A stretch of 64,000 nt of DNA. Source: an uncultured Candidatus Saccharibacteria bacterium. GTDB taxonomy: Bacteria > Patescibacteriota > Minisyncoccia > Phycocordibacterales > UBA9973. This document shows, piece after piece, positions 9,546-19,365 of this stretch; position 1 is the stretch's first letter; each line of letters opens with the position of its first letter. The position numbers and the translations under genes were made by a program. The stretch lies in contig CAYOLW010000001.1 of the NCBI GenBank assembly GCA_964404925.1, forward strand, positions 105,408 through 169,407, given 5' to 3'. Below the pieces are notes generated by a model, which ran no database searches, was not told the DNA's origin, and saw only the letters and a program-made list of their open reading frames with translations.

Positions 9546-9743
9546 ATGGCAAAAGGAATGGAGAGAGGTTGGGATCCAGGAATGAAGAAACCTAAGCATG
9601 ATACTGGTGGAGTCAAGGTAAATCAAGATGGTAGCCTGGAGGAGAAAAAAAGAATAATGCCTTGTGGTGCACAAGTGGCAGATACCGAAGAAGCTGAATA
9701 CAGTTACAGATCTAACTGTGATAAGTGTACAACATTATTTTAA
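9546..9743 (+). CDS. Small hypothetical Cys-containing protein of 65 aa
   Basis: An ORF with ATG, followed by the rho-independent terminator at 9751-9775. No recognisable family. Confidence 0.4.
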   Translation: MAKGMERGWDPGMKKPKHDTGGVKVNQDGSLEEKKRIMPCGAQVADTEEAEYSYRSNCDKCTTLF

Positions 9744-9750
9744 GTAACTA

Positions 9751-9775
9751 AAAACACCCCTCGGGGTGTTTTTAG
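9751..9775 (+). terminator. Intrinsic terminator (aaaacacccctcggggtgttttt)
   Basis: A perfect GC hairpin plus a T-run. Confidence 0.7.
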
Positions 9776-9817
9776 TTTGACAAATCATGATTATTCATGT
9801 ATATTGATTTTGAATCG

Positions 9818-9846
9818 AAGAACGCACCGTGCGTTCTTTTTTATTG
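9818..9846 (+). terminator. Second tandem intrinsic terminator (gaagaacgcaccgtgcgttcttttttatt)
   Basis: A hairpin plus a T-run located 40 nt after the first terminator. Confidence 0.6.
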
Positions 9847-9871
9847 TTGTACATTTAAAAATTTATTCTCA

Positions 9872-10285
9872 ATGAGGAAAGAAAAGTCCATTTACAACCT
9901 CTCTCCAGGTTGGTTGATGCATCGTTTGACCTTGAAGAAAACATTACAAAACACAGAACTCTTTAATCAGATTTGCATTCTTGTGTCCAGGAGATTGCAA
10001 GAGCGAAAGAGGCATTATAAAAAACCTTTTCCGGATGGAGAGTATAGGTTTTCTGTGTCTTTAAGTGGAACAACTTTTGACGGTTGTATTTTTAAAGAAA
10101 GTTTTGAAGATATTTCATTATTGTCTGGCAACAGGAAACAAATAGCAGTGTTTTTGATTGAAATCCAGGGCAATAATGTGGTGTTTCAGGACTTAGAGTC
10201 AAAAGGTTCAAAACTTAGTCCGATAACATGTAAAGAAATTGGGATAGTGATTCTTAAGCAAATGGGATTTAAAATTTTAAACTAG
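9872..10285 (+). CDS. Hypothetical protein
   Basis: The ORF was re-started at the ATG at 9872, because the longer ORF-track start at 9797 would include the terminator hairpin. No family recognised. Confidence 0.4.
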   Translation: MRKEKSIYNLSPGWLMHRLTLKKTLQNTELFNQICILVSRRLQERKRHYKKPFPDGEYRFSVSLSGTTFDGCIFKESFEDISLLSGNRKQIAVFLIEIQGNNVVFQDLESKGSKLSPITCKEIGIVILKQMGFKILN

Positions 10286-10438
10286 TTCGTCATGGCAAAA
10301 CACTCGCACATTTTTTACTTCACAGGCACAACTAAGCCTGGCATGTTTGGAACCCTAAAATTGTATGCATGTAGCTACCCAGGCTGCAACAAAACCGATT
10401 GGAAATACTATTAGTGTTTAGACCCGCATAAATAACTT

Positions 10439-10473
10439 GGCCGGTGCTCAATCGAGAGCACCGGCCTTTTTAA
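10439..10473 (+). terminator. Intrinsic terminator (ggccggtgctcaatcgagagcaccggcc+ttttt)
   Basis: A 10-bp GC-rich stem plus a T-run. Confidence 0.65.
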
Positions 10474-10490
10474 TTTAATATGAATAGATA

Positions 10491-10522
10491 AAAAAACTCC
10501 GACGTAACGTCGGAGTTTTTTT
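10491..10522 (-). terminator. Bidirectional intrinsic terminator serving rpmB on the minus strand (aaaaaactccgacgtaacgtcggagttttttt)
   Basis: A perfect hairpin flanked by an A-run on one side and a T-run on the other. Confidence 0.7.
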
Positions 10523-10536
10523 ATTGTAAGTTTTAA

Positions 10537-10779
10537 TTATTTGATCAATCCGGCTTTTTTGAGGGTAGGGTAAACTCCGTTTTTCTTGATGGTTTTGAAT
10601 CCTCGAGTAGTAGCTTCAACGATTACAGTTTTGCCTAATTCTGGCACAAACAATCGTTTCTTTTGCAGATTAATATGTTTCCTGACCTTGCCGGTAGGAT
10701 TGAATTTGGTAGCACGGGTTCTGTTTGAATATCCGCCGCCCACTACACTTGTCTTTTTGGTTATTGCACATGTTTTCAT
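10537..10779 (-). CDS. rpmB: 50S ribosomal protein L28
   Basis: MKTCAITKK...GGYSNRTRATKFNPTGKVRK resembles the L28 consensus. Confidence 0.85.
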   Translation of the reverse strand: MKTCAITKKTSVVGGGYSNRTRATKFNPTGKVRKHINLQKKRLFVPELGKTVIVEATTRGFKTIKKNGVYPTLKKAGLIK

Positions 10780-10810
10780 AACAGTGTTTGCATGCTATCA
10801 TAGAATCTAC

Positions 10811-11428
10811 ATGAACGCAATAGATACCATATTCTTCCTGGCCGTACTTATAATGTCAGTGGTTATACACGAAGTCTCTCACGGCTTTATGGCAGAATAC
10901 CTGGGGGACAAGACTGCTCGTTTGGCCGGCCGTTTGACCCTGAACCCTATTCGCCATTTAGACCTATTTGGTTCTGTTATACTACCTGCAATCTTGTATT
11001 TTAGTACTGGTTTTGCCTTTGGTTGGGCGAGGCCTGTACCATATAACCCAGCAAATCTAAGGAATGAAAGGTGGGGTACGGTGGCGGTGGCTGCAGCTGG
11101 GATACTGGCCAATATTTTTATTGCTTTATTTTTTGGATTAATGCTACGGGGTTTATACCCAGGTTACGCATCAGAGAATTTAGTTTCTTTTGTTTCGTCT
11201 ATAGTTTTCGTAAATTTAGCCCTGGCTTTCTTTAACCTGGTGCCGATTCCTCCGCTTGATGGATCTAAGATTCTTTTTGGTATACTGCCATTTCGCTTTT
11301 CTGCTGCCGTAAACGTAATTGAGCGTTACTCTTTGTTTTTGTTAATAGCGTTCATTTTCTTTTTTTCTCAATACTTATCCCCAATTATAATTCATGCTTT
11401 TCAACTAATAACAGGGATTAACCTGTAG
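10811..11428 (+). CDS. Site-2 protease family (peptidase M50) integral membrane zinc metalloprotease
   Basis: It has an HEVSHGF (HExxH) motif in the first TM region and multiple TM helices. The start is the ATG at 10811; the longer ORF-track start overlaps rpmB. Confidence 0.75.
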   Translation: MNAIDTIFFLAVLIMSVVIHEVSHGFMAEYLGDKTARLAGRLTLNPIRHLDLFGSVILPAILYFSTGFAFGWARPVPYNPANLRNERWGTVAVAAAGILANIFIALFFGLMLRGLYPGYASENLVSFVSSIVFVNLALAFFNLVPIPPLDGSKILFGILPFRFSAAVNVIERYSLFLLIAFIFFFSQYLSPIIIHAFQLITGINL

Positions 11429-11537
11429 GCCCAGACTAAAGGGGACTTGCAATTTTTTCTAACCTATAGTAGATTACTTGCGTGCACATAGAGTCCTTGA
11501 GACTCTTTTAATTTACATACACATACACAAACACAGA

Positions 11538-11957
11538 ATGCCAACAATTAATCAATTAGTCAGAAAAAGCCGCAAGGCACCAAAAGGTAAAGACAAGACT
11601 GTGGCTTTAACTCGCGGATTTAACCTGCTTAAGAACAAGCCGGTTTATTACTCTTCACCATTTAAAAGAGGTGTTTGTACCAAAGTTACAACTACCACTC
11701 CAAAAAAGCCTAACTCTGCTCTCCGAAAGATTGCTCGTGTACGATTAACTAACGGTATGGAAGTTACTGCTTATATTCCAGGTGAAGGACACAACCTACA
11801 GGAACACTCAGTGGTTATGCTTCGAGGAGGTCGTGTTAAAGACTTGATTGGAGTACGTTATCACATCGTTCGTGGTGTATTAGATACCCAAGGTGTAGAA
11901 AAACGACGACAAGGACGATCTCTATACGGTAACAAGAAACCAAAAGATAAAAAATAA
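11538..11957 (+). CDS. rpsL: 30S ribosomal protein S12 with a short basic C-terminal tail
   Basis: [10 protein letters not shown]...[10 protein letters not shown]...[14 protein letters not shown] is canonical S12. Confidence 0.95.
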   Translation: MPTINQLVRKSRKAPKGKDKTVALTRGFNLLKNKPVYYSSPFKRGVCTKVTTTTPKKPNSALRKIARVRLTNGMEVTAYIPGEGHNLQEHSVVMLRGGRVKDLIGVRYHIVRGVLDTQGVEKRRQGRSLYGNKKPKDKK

Positions 11958-11963
11958 AATTAT

Positions 11964-12434
11964 ATGCGACGTAAAGTAAAAAATCGAAATAAAGTAAATC
12001 CAGACTTCGTTTACAACTCACCAAAGCTTGAGAAGTTTATCAACTACATGATGATTGCTGGCAAGAAGGAAACTGCTCGCAAGATCGTTTATGGAGCTTT
12101 TGAAGTAATCAAAGAAAAGACTGGTAATCCAAATCCTCTAGAAGTTTTTGACCTAGCAATGAAAAACGCTGGCCCCCTCACAGAAGTACGATCCAAGCGT
12201 ATCGGTGGTGCAAACTACCAGGTACCCCGAGAAGTACGTGCTGAACGCAGACTTGCGCTCGCTATGCGATGGATTCGTGATGCTGCTCGCGGCAAGAAGG
12301 GAAGTCCAATGCATATCAAACTAGCTGACGAATTAATTGCTGCATCTAAGAACGAAGGTTCTGCTGTGAAGAAGAAAGACGATACTCACAAGATGGCAGA
12401 TGCCAACAAAGCCTTCGCCCACTTCGCTTGGTAA
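11964..12434 (+). CDS. rpsG: 30S ribosomal protein S7
   Basis: Follows rpsL and shows the S7 consensus (…DPVY.S..L.KFIN..M..GKK..A..IVY.A). Confidence 0.95.
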   Translation: MRRKVKNRNKVNPDFVYNSPKLEKFINYMMIAGKKETARKIVYGAFEVIKEKTGNPNPLEVFDLAMKNAGPLTEVRSKRIGGANYQVPREVRAERRLALAMRWIRDAARGKKGSPMHIKLADELIAASKNEGSAVKKKDDTHKMADANKAFAHFAW

Positions 12435-12436
12435 TT

Positions 12437-12508
12437 GAAACATTCAAAAGCCCTGTTGTTTTTCTCGGGTCCTCGGGTCAATTCTAGAGACCACTCGAAA
12501 AACAACAG
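12437..12508 (+). terminator. Hairpin terminator after rpsG that shares the conserved loop motif (CAATTCTAGAGACCA) with the rplK terminator
   Basis: The stem is aaaagccctgttgtttttctcgggt / accactcgaaaaacaacagggctttttt, followed by a T-run. Confidence 0.6.
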
Positions 12509-12526
12509 GGCTTTTTTCTTTGCTAG

Positions 12527-12555
12527 TTCATTTTGTTTGCAAAAAGTAGCTTTGT
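12527..12555 (+). promoter_or_regulatory. Sigma70-like promoter candidate for fusA (TTGCAA -17- TATATT), followed by a small hairpin and T-run (12562-12586) that could act as an attenuator
   Basis: Hexamers with 17-bp spacing, about 65 nt upstream of the fusA ATG. Confidence 0.45.
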
Positions 12556-12619
12556 AGGTTATATTGCACTTAGCGCTAGGACGCGCTTTTTTATTAGTTG
12601 TTATTAATTTTAATTATAT

Positions 12620-14770
12620 ATGGAAAGAGATTATCCACTAGAGAAAGTTAGAAATTTCGGGATTATTGCACACATCGATGCTGGTAAGACTACCACTACC
12701 GAGCGCGTGCTTTTTTATACAGGTGTGTCACATAAAATAGGTGAAGTTCACGATGGTGAAACCACTACCGACTGGATGGAACAGGAGCGAGAGAGAGGTA
12801 TCACTATTACCTCCGCTGCGGTAACCTGTTTCTGGACACCAACTTATGCTGCGCCGACAGATAAGAAATTGAAACATCGTTTCAACATCATCGATACTCC
12901 TGGGCACATTGACTTTACTGTTGAGGTAAAGCGTTCACTTCGCGTACTTGACGGTGCGGTTGTTGTGTTTGACGGTGTGGCTGGTGTAGAACCTCAGTCT
13001 GAAACCAACTGGCGTTATGCTGATGAAGCTAATGTTCCACGTATTTGTTTTATCAACAAGCTCGACCGAACAGGCGCGTCCTTTGAACACTCATATAAAA
13101 CGATCTTAGATCGTCTAACCAAAAAAGCAGTTCGTTTACAAATACCTATTGGACTTGAAGATAAACACGAAGGTGTTATTGATCTTTTGAAAATGAAGGC
13201 CTTCTATTTCGAAGGAGATATGGGTAACCAAGTTCTTGAAAAAGATATTCCAGAAGAATACAAAAAAGAAGCAGAAGGTTATCACGCAGAACTTATTGAA
13301 AAGATTGTTGAGCAAGATGATGCTTTAATGACTGAATACCTAGAAGGTATTGTGCCAAGCGCAGATACTCTTAAAAAAGTATTGCGTAAAGCTGTAATTG
13401 CTAACAATATTTTCCCAGTTTTTGCTGGTAGCGCTCTTAAAAACAAGGGAGTGCAGTTAGTGCTTGATGCTGTTGTAGACTACCTACCGGCACCAACTGA
13501 TATTCCACCTATCCCTGGTATTGACCCGAACACAGAAGAACCAACAGTTCGTAAAGCCTCAGATGCAGAACCTTTCTCAGCACTTGCTTTCAAGGTTGCT
13601 ACCGATCCATTCGTAGGACAGATTATTTTCTTCCGAGTATATTCTGGTTCTCTTTCTGCTGGAAGTTATATTTATAACCCCCGAACTAGAAACAAAGAAA
13701 GAATTGGACGTATTCTGCGAATGCACGCTAATGATCGAGAAGAAGTAAAGAAAGTATATGCAGGAGAAATTGCAGCTGCTGTAGGACTTAAAGACACCAT
13801 TACTTCTGATACTATTTGTGATGAAAATGCACCAGTAGAATTGAACAGAATAGTTTTCCCAGAGCCTGTTATTTCTTTGCGTATTGAACCAAAGACAAAA
13901 GCTGACCAAGAAAAAATGGGTATGGCACTTAACCGCCTTGCTCAAGAAGACCCAACCTTTAGAGTTACAACTGATCAAGAAACAGGGGAGACAATCATCG
14001 CAGGTATGGGAGAACTACACCTTGAAATTATCGTTGATCGTCTGAAGCGCGAGTTTACAGTAGAAGCAAATGTTGGTAAGCCACAGGTTGCATACCGAGA
14101 AACTATTAACGGAAACTCTGAAACTGAAGGTAAATACATCAAACAGTCTGGTGGACGTGGTAACTACGGTCATGTGAAGATTAAGGTTAAGCCAATGGTT
14201 GCTTTAACCAAAGAAGAAATCGAAGACCTGCCAAAGAACACCAAGCGATCTGAAGGATTCGAATTCATCAACAGTATCAAAGGAGGTGCTATTCCTCAGG
14301 AATATATTGCCCCTTGTGAAAAAGGCTTCAAAGAAGGACTTGATCGAGGTATCTTGGCTGGATTTAAAATGGTTAATGTTTCAGTAGAACTTTGGGACGG
14401 ATCTTTCCACGAAGTGGACTCCAACGAAATGGCTTTCAAAATCGCAGCTTCTATGGCTATCCAAGATGCATGTCGTGCTGCTCGTCCAGTAATACTTGAA
14501 CCGATGATGAAGGTTGAAGTAGTAACTCCAGATAAATTCATGGGTGATGTTACAGGAAACTTGTCATCTAAACGTGGACTTATCGAAGGTATGGAAGACC
14601 GAGGAATGAATAAGGTTGTTAAGGCTGTAGTACCATTATCTGAAATGTTCGGTTACATGACAGGCTTGCGTTCTATGACCGAAGGACGTGCGTCTTTCAC
14701 AATGGAATTCCTAAGGTATGATATCGTGCCTCAAAACGTAGCTGACACTATAATTGCAGCTAGAAAGTAA
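12620..14770 (+). CDS. fusA: Translation elongation factor G
   Basis: [25 protein letters not shown] and full-length EF-G domains across 716 aa. Confidence 0.95.
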   Translation: MERDYPLEKVRNFGIIAHIDAGKTTTTERVLFYTGVSHKIGEVHDGETTTDWMEQERERGITITSAAVTCFWTPTYAAPTDKKLKHRFNIIDTPGHIDFTVEVKRSLRVLDGAVVVFDGVAGVEPQSETNWRYADEANVPRICFINKLDRTGASFEHSYKTILDRLTKKAVRLQIPIGLEDKHEGVIDLLKMKAFYFEGDMGNQVLEKDIPEEYKKEAEGYHAELIEKIVEQDDALMTEYLEGIVPSADTLKKVLRKAVIANNIFPVFAGSALKNKGVQLVLDAVVDYLPAPTDIPPIPGIDPNTEEPTVRKASDAEPFSALAFKVATDPFVGQIIFFRVYSGSLSAGSYIYNPRTRNKERIGRILRMHANDREEVKKVYAGEIAAAVGLKDTITSDTICDENAPVELNRIVFPEPVISLRIEPKTKADQEKMGMALNRLAQEDPTFRVTTDQETGETIIAGMGELHLEIIVDRLKREFTVEANVGKPQVAYRETINGNSETEGKYIKQSGGRGNYGHVKIKVKPMVALTKEEIEDLPKNTKRSEGFEFINSIKGGAIPQEYIAPCEKGFKEGLDRGILAGFKMVNVSVELWDGSFHEVDSNEMAFKIAASMAIQDACRAARPVILEPMMKVEVVTPDKFMGDVTGNLSSKRGLIEGMEDRGMNKVVKAVVPLSEMFGYMTGLRSMTEGRASFTMEFLRYDIVPQNVADTIIAARK

Positions 14771-14793
14771 TCTTTTAAAAATCTTAAAGATGA

Positions 14794-14817
14794 AAAAAGA
14801 GCCCCAGGCTCTTTTTT
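14794..14817 (+). terminator. Intrinsic terminator (aaaaaagagccccaggctctttttt)
   Basis: A hairpin plus a T-run immediately after the fusA stop codon. Confidence 0.7.
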
Positions 14818-14818
14818 C

Positions 14819-16366
14819 ATGTATGCTATAATCAACAATATGTTAGAAAAAATAAAAAGTTTTATAATTCGTAAGAAATTACTAGTGCTTGTTGTTGTAG
14901 TTTTGCTGGTTGCTGGTTATTTCGTTTTAAACGAAAACAACACTTCAAACTATGCTTTTATAACACCAACCAAAGGCACCTTGACTCGCACAGTACGAGC
15001 AACTGGTCAGGTGGTATCAGCTGTGGACTTGGACCTTTCTTTTTCAAAGTCTGGTTTTGTTAGTCTGGTTAAAGTAGCTGTGGGGGATAAGGTTAAAAAA
15101 GGTGATGTATTGCTTAGCCTAGATGCGGGTGGTGATTTGGCTAATGTAACTAAAGCCCGAGCAGCCTTGCTGGGGGCTGAAGCTAAGCTCAAGAAGACAA
15201 TTGACGGAGCTTCAAATGAAGAAATTTCTCTGGCACGAGTTAATTTAGAAAACGCTAAACAAGATTTAATTAACACAAAAAATACACAAAACACTCTTGT
15301 ATCAAATGCTTATAGTAAACTGCTGAACTCTACTCCAGAGGCATTGCCTGGAGGTTCTCAGAGTACTACCGTTATAGCACCAACCATTAGTGGTACTTAT
15401 AATCTATCTAAAGAATCATCAATCAATATCAATATTTACACTACTGGCAACGGTTTGATGTTTTCTACTAGTGGTGCTGTTGCAAGTGAGGGGGTTGTTA
15501 GCACTACCACACCGCAACCCATAGGTAATTCTGGTCTATACATTCTATTTTCTTCAACATCTAATATTAGTAACTCTAATTGGGTGCTTAATTTTCCCAA
15601 CAAAAAAGCAGCTGATTACCTCACCAATGAAAATGTATATCAATCTGCGTTAAATACCAAAGAAGCAGCTATATCTAGTGCGCAGTCTTTGGTAAATCAG
15701 CGTGAAGCAGAACTTAATCTGAAGCTAGCTGCGGCCCGTGATGCAGATATAGATTTGGCCAAGGCAGATGTCCTGTCTGCTCAAGGTGGGTTAGAACAAG
15801 CACAAAATACTTATAGCGATAATATAATTAAAGCTCCAGCTAACGGAACTATTACAAAGCTTGATACAAAGTATGGTGAATTGGCTACTTCAAACTCACC
15901 AGTTATCACTCTTGAAGACATTGATAATTTGTACGTTGAAGCTTTAATCAATGAATCAAATATTTCTGAAATAGCGCTTAATCAATCTGTGAGTGTTGTT
16001 TTTGATGCTTTGCCTGGCCAACAATTTACAGGCACTGTGTACCACATCGACCCTTCTTCTCTGACTTCTGATGGGGTAGTGAACTACAAAATTAAAGTTT
16101 TATTGAATGACAAGAACCCAAACATACGATCTGGCATGAATGCTGAAATTGCCATTACAATTAAAAGTAAAGAAAACGTACTTTCAATACCTGAGGCTTC
16201 TATCAAAAACGTAGATGGTAAAAAATTTGTTGATGTTGCGACTGGAAAAGATAAAAGTGATTTAACCCAAACAGAGATTGTAACCGGTGAAAGCGGTGAC
16301 GGTAATATGATTGAAGTAGTGTCTGGTTTGACTGAGGACGCTAGCATAGCAATTGTCGAAAAATAA
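14819..16366 (+). CDS. Efflux transporter periplasmic adaptor (HlyD/MacA-like membrane fusion protein) with a long Ser/Thr/Asn-rich insertion
   Basis: It has an N-terminal TM helix, a biotinyl/lipoyl-like hairpin (VKVAVGDKVKKGDVLLSLD), coiled-coil stretches and a C-terminal beta-barrel. It is followed by the MacB-like permease and ATPase. Confidence 0.75.
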   Translation: MYAIINNMLEKIKSFIIRKKLLVLVVVVLLVAGYFVLNENNTSNYAFITPTKGTLTRTVRATGQVVSAVDLDLSFSKSGFVSLVKVAVGDKVKKGDVLLSLDAGGDLANVTKARAALLGAEAKLKKTIDGASNEEISLARVNLENAKQDLINTKNTQNTLVSNAYSKLLNSTPEALPGGSQSTTVIAPTISGTYNLSKESSININIYTTGNGLMFSTSGAVASEGVVSTTTPQPIGNSGLYILFSSTSNISNSNWVLNFPNKKAADYLTNENVYQSALNTKEAAISSAQSLVNQREAELNLKLAAARDADIDLAKADVLSAQGGLEQAQNTYSDNIIKAPANGTITKLDTKYGELATSNSPVITLEDIDNLYVEALINESNISEIALNQSVSVVFDALPGQQFTGTVYHIDPSSLTSDGVVNYKIKVLLNDKNPNIRSGMNAEIAITIKSKENVLSIPEASIKNVDGKKFVDVATGKDKSDLTQTEIVTGESGDGNMIEVVSGLTEDASIAIVEK

Positions 16367-17637
16367 TGTCATTAAATACTAAAAATTCTTTTAAAAGAAA
16401 TGTCCGAGTTGGTTGGTTTCTAGCTAGACGTGAGTTAAAACGTGCCAATATATGGACCACCACCCTTATTGTAGCGGTGATGACCTTAACCTTTCTGAAT
16501 TTGGTTGTAGTTTCAGGTATTCTGATTGGGCTTATTCAAGGTTCTGAAGATGCACAGAAGAAATACGCTATTGGTGATATCATCATTTCTCCTTTCTTGA
16601 GTCGTACTACAATTCTACAAACTCCCGAAGTTGAAAGCATTGTAAAAACAATCCCAGGTTATAGAAATCATACTGTACGGTATGCGGGCTCAGCTAGGGT
16701 AGAGGACACCTATCGTGAGACCACCAAACCTGGTGAGAAGAAGGGTGGAGCAGGCGCACCTATTTTAGGTATTGATCCAAAAGAAGAAGATAAATTTTCT
16801 GGAGTTTCTAAATTTGTTCTGCGTGGTGAGTACTTGGACGAGAACGATGCAGACAGTATTCTGATTGGTAAGAATTTTCTTTATGAATTTACCCCGATTG
16901 ATGCACCTGGATTTGAGAGTTTGAAAAACACTGATGTTGGTTCTAGAGTAAAACTCACTTCTGGAAATTTAGAAAAAGAATATTTCGTCAAAGGTATTCT
17001 AAGTTCTAAAGTAGATACTTTTGACTTTTCGGTAGTGATGCTTGCCAGCGAAGCCAGAAAGTTATCAAATCAAACTGATTTAAACGCAGGTTCAATAGCA
17101 ATACAATTACAACCAGGCGTTGACCCAAATGTAGCAAAACAATTCTTGTTAGACAGTGGAGTGGGGGATTGGGCTCGAGTACAGACGGCTGAAGAAGCTT
17201 TCCCTAAATTCTTGAAAGATATTAAAGCAACTTTCGGTATATTGGGTTCAGCTATATCTGGTATTGGTTTGGTTGTAGCATCTATCACAATATTTATTGT
17301 TATATTCGTGAACGCGATAACTCGCCGAAGGTATATTGGTATATTGAAAGGTATCGGTATTAACAAGCAAGCCATATTGTTTTCCTATATGTATCAGGCA
17401 ACCATCTATGCTTCGCTTGGTATCTTGTTCGGTATGGTCTTAACTTTTGGATTAATCAAACCTTATTTCACTGAAAATCCGATAGACTTCCCATTCTCAG
17501 ATGGAATTTTAGTAGCCACTCTGTCTGGAACTATGACTCGTGCTTTTATCCTACTTATAACCACCATGATTGCCGGTTATATACCAGCTAGAATCGTTAT
17601 TAAACAAAACACATTATCAGCAATCTTAGGAAGATAA
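16366..17637 (+). CDS. ABC transporter permease (FtsX/MacB-like)
   Basis: It has an N-terminal TM helix, a large periplasmic domain and C-terminal 3-TM FtsX-like helices. It overlaps the adaptor gene stop codon. Confidence 0.75.
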   Translation: MSLNTKNSFKRNVRVGWFLARRELKRANIWTTTLIVAVMTLTFLNLVVVSGILIGLIQGSEDAQKKYAIGDIIISPFLSRTTILQTPEVESIVKTIPGYRNHTVRYAGSARVEDTYRETTKPGEKKGGAGAPILGIDPKEEDKFSGVSKFVLRGEYLDENDADSILIGKNFLYEFTPIDAPGFESLKNTDVGSRVKLTSGNLEKEYFVKGILSSKVDTFDFSVVMLASEARKLSNQTDLNAGSIAIQLQPGVDPNVAKQFLLDSGVGDWARVQTAEEAFPKFLKDIKATFGILGSAISGIGLVVASITIFIVIFVNAITRRRYIGILKGIGINKQAILFSYMYQATIYASLGILFGMVLTFGLIKPYFTENPIDFPFSDGILVATLSGTMTRAFILLITTMIAGYIPARIVIKQNTLSAILGR

Positions 17638-17639
17638 AA

Positions 17640-18317
17640 ATGATTCAAATTAAAAATCTAACGAAAATATTTCAAAGTGGAGATGCTGAGATTATTGCTT
17701 TAAACAATCTTACTTTTTCTGTACCAGAAGGGCAGTTCCTGACAGTTACTGGCAAATCAGGTAGTGGTAAATCAACCTTGCTTTATCAGCTTGGGCTACT
17801 TGATTTACCAACCTCTGGAGATGTGTATATAGACGGTATTGAATACACTAAACTTGATGAGAATTCTCGCACACTGTCGCGTTTAAATGACCTGGGGTAT
17901 ATATTCCAAGACTATGCTATTTTGCCTTCACTCACGGCGCTTGAGAACACAATGCTGCCACTCCTCATGCAGGGGTACGATATGAAAGAATCAGAAGAAA
18001 AGGCGAAAAAGGCACTAGACAAGGTTGGATTGCTTGACCGTATGAATAATTTGCCTTCGGCCCTATCCGGAGGTCAGCAGCAGCGTGTATCTATTGCACG
18101 AGCGATATCGCACGAGCCGAAAATTATCTTTGCTGATGAACCAACAGCGAACCTGGACTCTGAGACATCCAAGCACGTCATTGATGCTTTTGTAAAATTA
18201 AACCAAGAAGGGCAGACCATAATTATGGTAACCCACGAAGAAGAATATGCCCGCCTGGCACACCGCACCATCACCATGGCTGATGGAAGTATTGTTTCTG
18301 ATACAATGAACCGCTAA
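17640..18317 (+). CDS. ABC transporter ATP-binding protein (MacB/LolD-like)
   Basis: GKSGSGKST (Walker A), LSGGQQQRVSIARA (ABC signature) and IIFADEPTANLD (Walker B). Confidence 0.9.
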   Translation: MIQIKNLTKIFQSGDAEIIALNNLTFSVPEGQFLTVTGKSGSGKSTLLYQLGLLDLPTSGDVYIDGIEYTKLDENSRTLSRLNDLGYIFQDYAILPSLTALENTMLPLLMQGYDMKESEEKAKKALDKVGLLDRMNNLPSALSGGQQQRVSIARAISHEPKIIFADEPTANLDSETSKHVIDAFVKLNQEGQTIIMVTHEEEYARLAHRTITMADGSIVSDTMNR

Positions 18318-18332
18318 GCCCATAGGCTAAAT

Positions 18333-19133
18333 CTATTTAGAAATATTGCAGACAACAGCCATGTGGTCGCTGACTCCGTCTTTTAATACAACGTTTGTTA
18401 CTGTGTAAGTAGGAGTAGTAAAAACCACATCTACCATGAGAGGTAAAGATCCGGCTCTGTGTAAAGACCCATCAATGCTTGTTTTGTAGATTTCTGGAAT
18501 ATTATCCTTTAATTTTTCAGCAAACAAAGCAAAGTTCTTCTGCCCTCGGGGGCAATTAGTGTCTGCACAGAAAACAAATTCACCCATATTGGAAAATATT
18601 TCGAGGAGTCTTGTTGCATCCTCAGATTGTTGTGTTGTTGAAGGTTCATCTATATCCCAAACAAATTCGTCCGTTACCTGGTTCATGTATCCATAATATG
18701 CCCAAGTGAAGTGTGTATTCGCGAAAACAAATTCTTCTTCACCTTTATTTATTTTTACAAAAAGAACTTTTCTGGCGTATTGTGAATTTGCACTATTTTT
18801 GTTTTCTTTTTTCTCTGAATGTGTTTTTGTCTCTATTGGATCTAGGCTTGCAATCTGGTTTGTATAAGGGATAGATTCGTGAGATAAAATGGGGCAGCGT
18901 GATAGTACGGCTACTCCTTGGTTGTGTACTGCACCACCAGCGTCTTTAAATATTAACTGGGAGTCAAATACTCCTGTTAAGTTAAGTTCCTTAGTCAGTA
19001 ATTCAAAATCAGGTTGGAAAATTTCTTGAAGGCAGATCACATCAGGATCCTCGTTTTTTAGAAAAGATAAAACCGCTGGGATGTGTTTATTTGTTTGAAT
19101 GTTTAAAGAAACTAGTTTTAAATTTGTGGACAT
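18333..19133 (-). CDS. Endonuclease/exonuclease/phosphatase (EEP) family protein
   Basis: VSLNIQ...VICLQEI at the N-terminus and DHMAV at the C-terminus are typical EEP fold motifs. Confidence 0.7.
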   Translation of the reverse strand: MSTNLKLVSLNIQTNKHIPAVLSFLKNEDPDVICLQEIFQPDFELLTKELNLTGVFDSQLIFKDAGGAVHNQGVAVLSRCPILSHESIPYTNQIASLDPIETKTHSEKKENKNSANSQYARKVLFVKINKGEEEFVFANTHFTWAYYGYMNQVTDEFVWDIDEPSTTQQSEDATRLLEIFSNMGEFVFCADTNCPRGQKNFALFAEKLKDNIPEIYKTSIDGSLHRAGSLPLMVDVVFTTPTYTVTNVVLKDGVSDHMAVVCNISK

Positions 19134-19365
19134 TAGATATGATTTTATACCATCCAGTACTGTTTAATCAAATTGCGCACTAAGATTAATCTATGCCCAA
19201 GACGAACCAAATCATTTTTCTAACTACCAAAGCACCGTCGAGCCGCGCGGGGACTGCATTGAGGTTTTAAACACCTCACAATTCTTCGCCGGTGAATTCG
19301 GTGGTAATAACGGTACGGCATCAATCTGTTTTGAGTTTCCATCTACTTGTGGAGCAGAGATCCAC

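Noticed and set aside
9797-9871. ORF-track start of the 162-aa hypothetical protein at 9797.
   Set aside because: The first 75 nt contain a canonical intrinsic terminator hairpin (9818-9846). The start was moved to the ATG at 9872.
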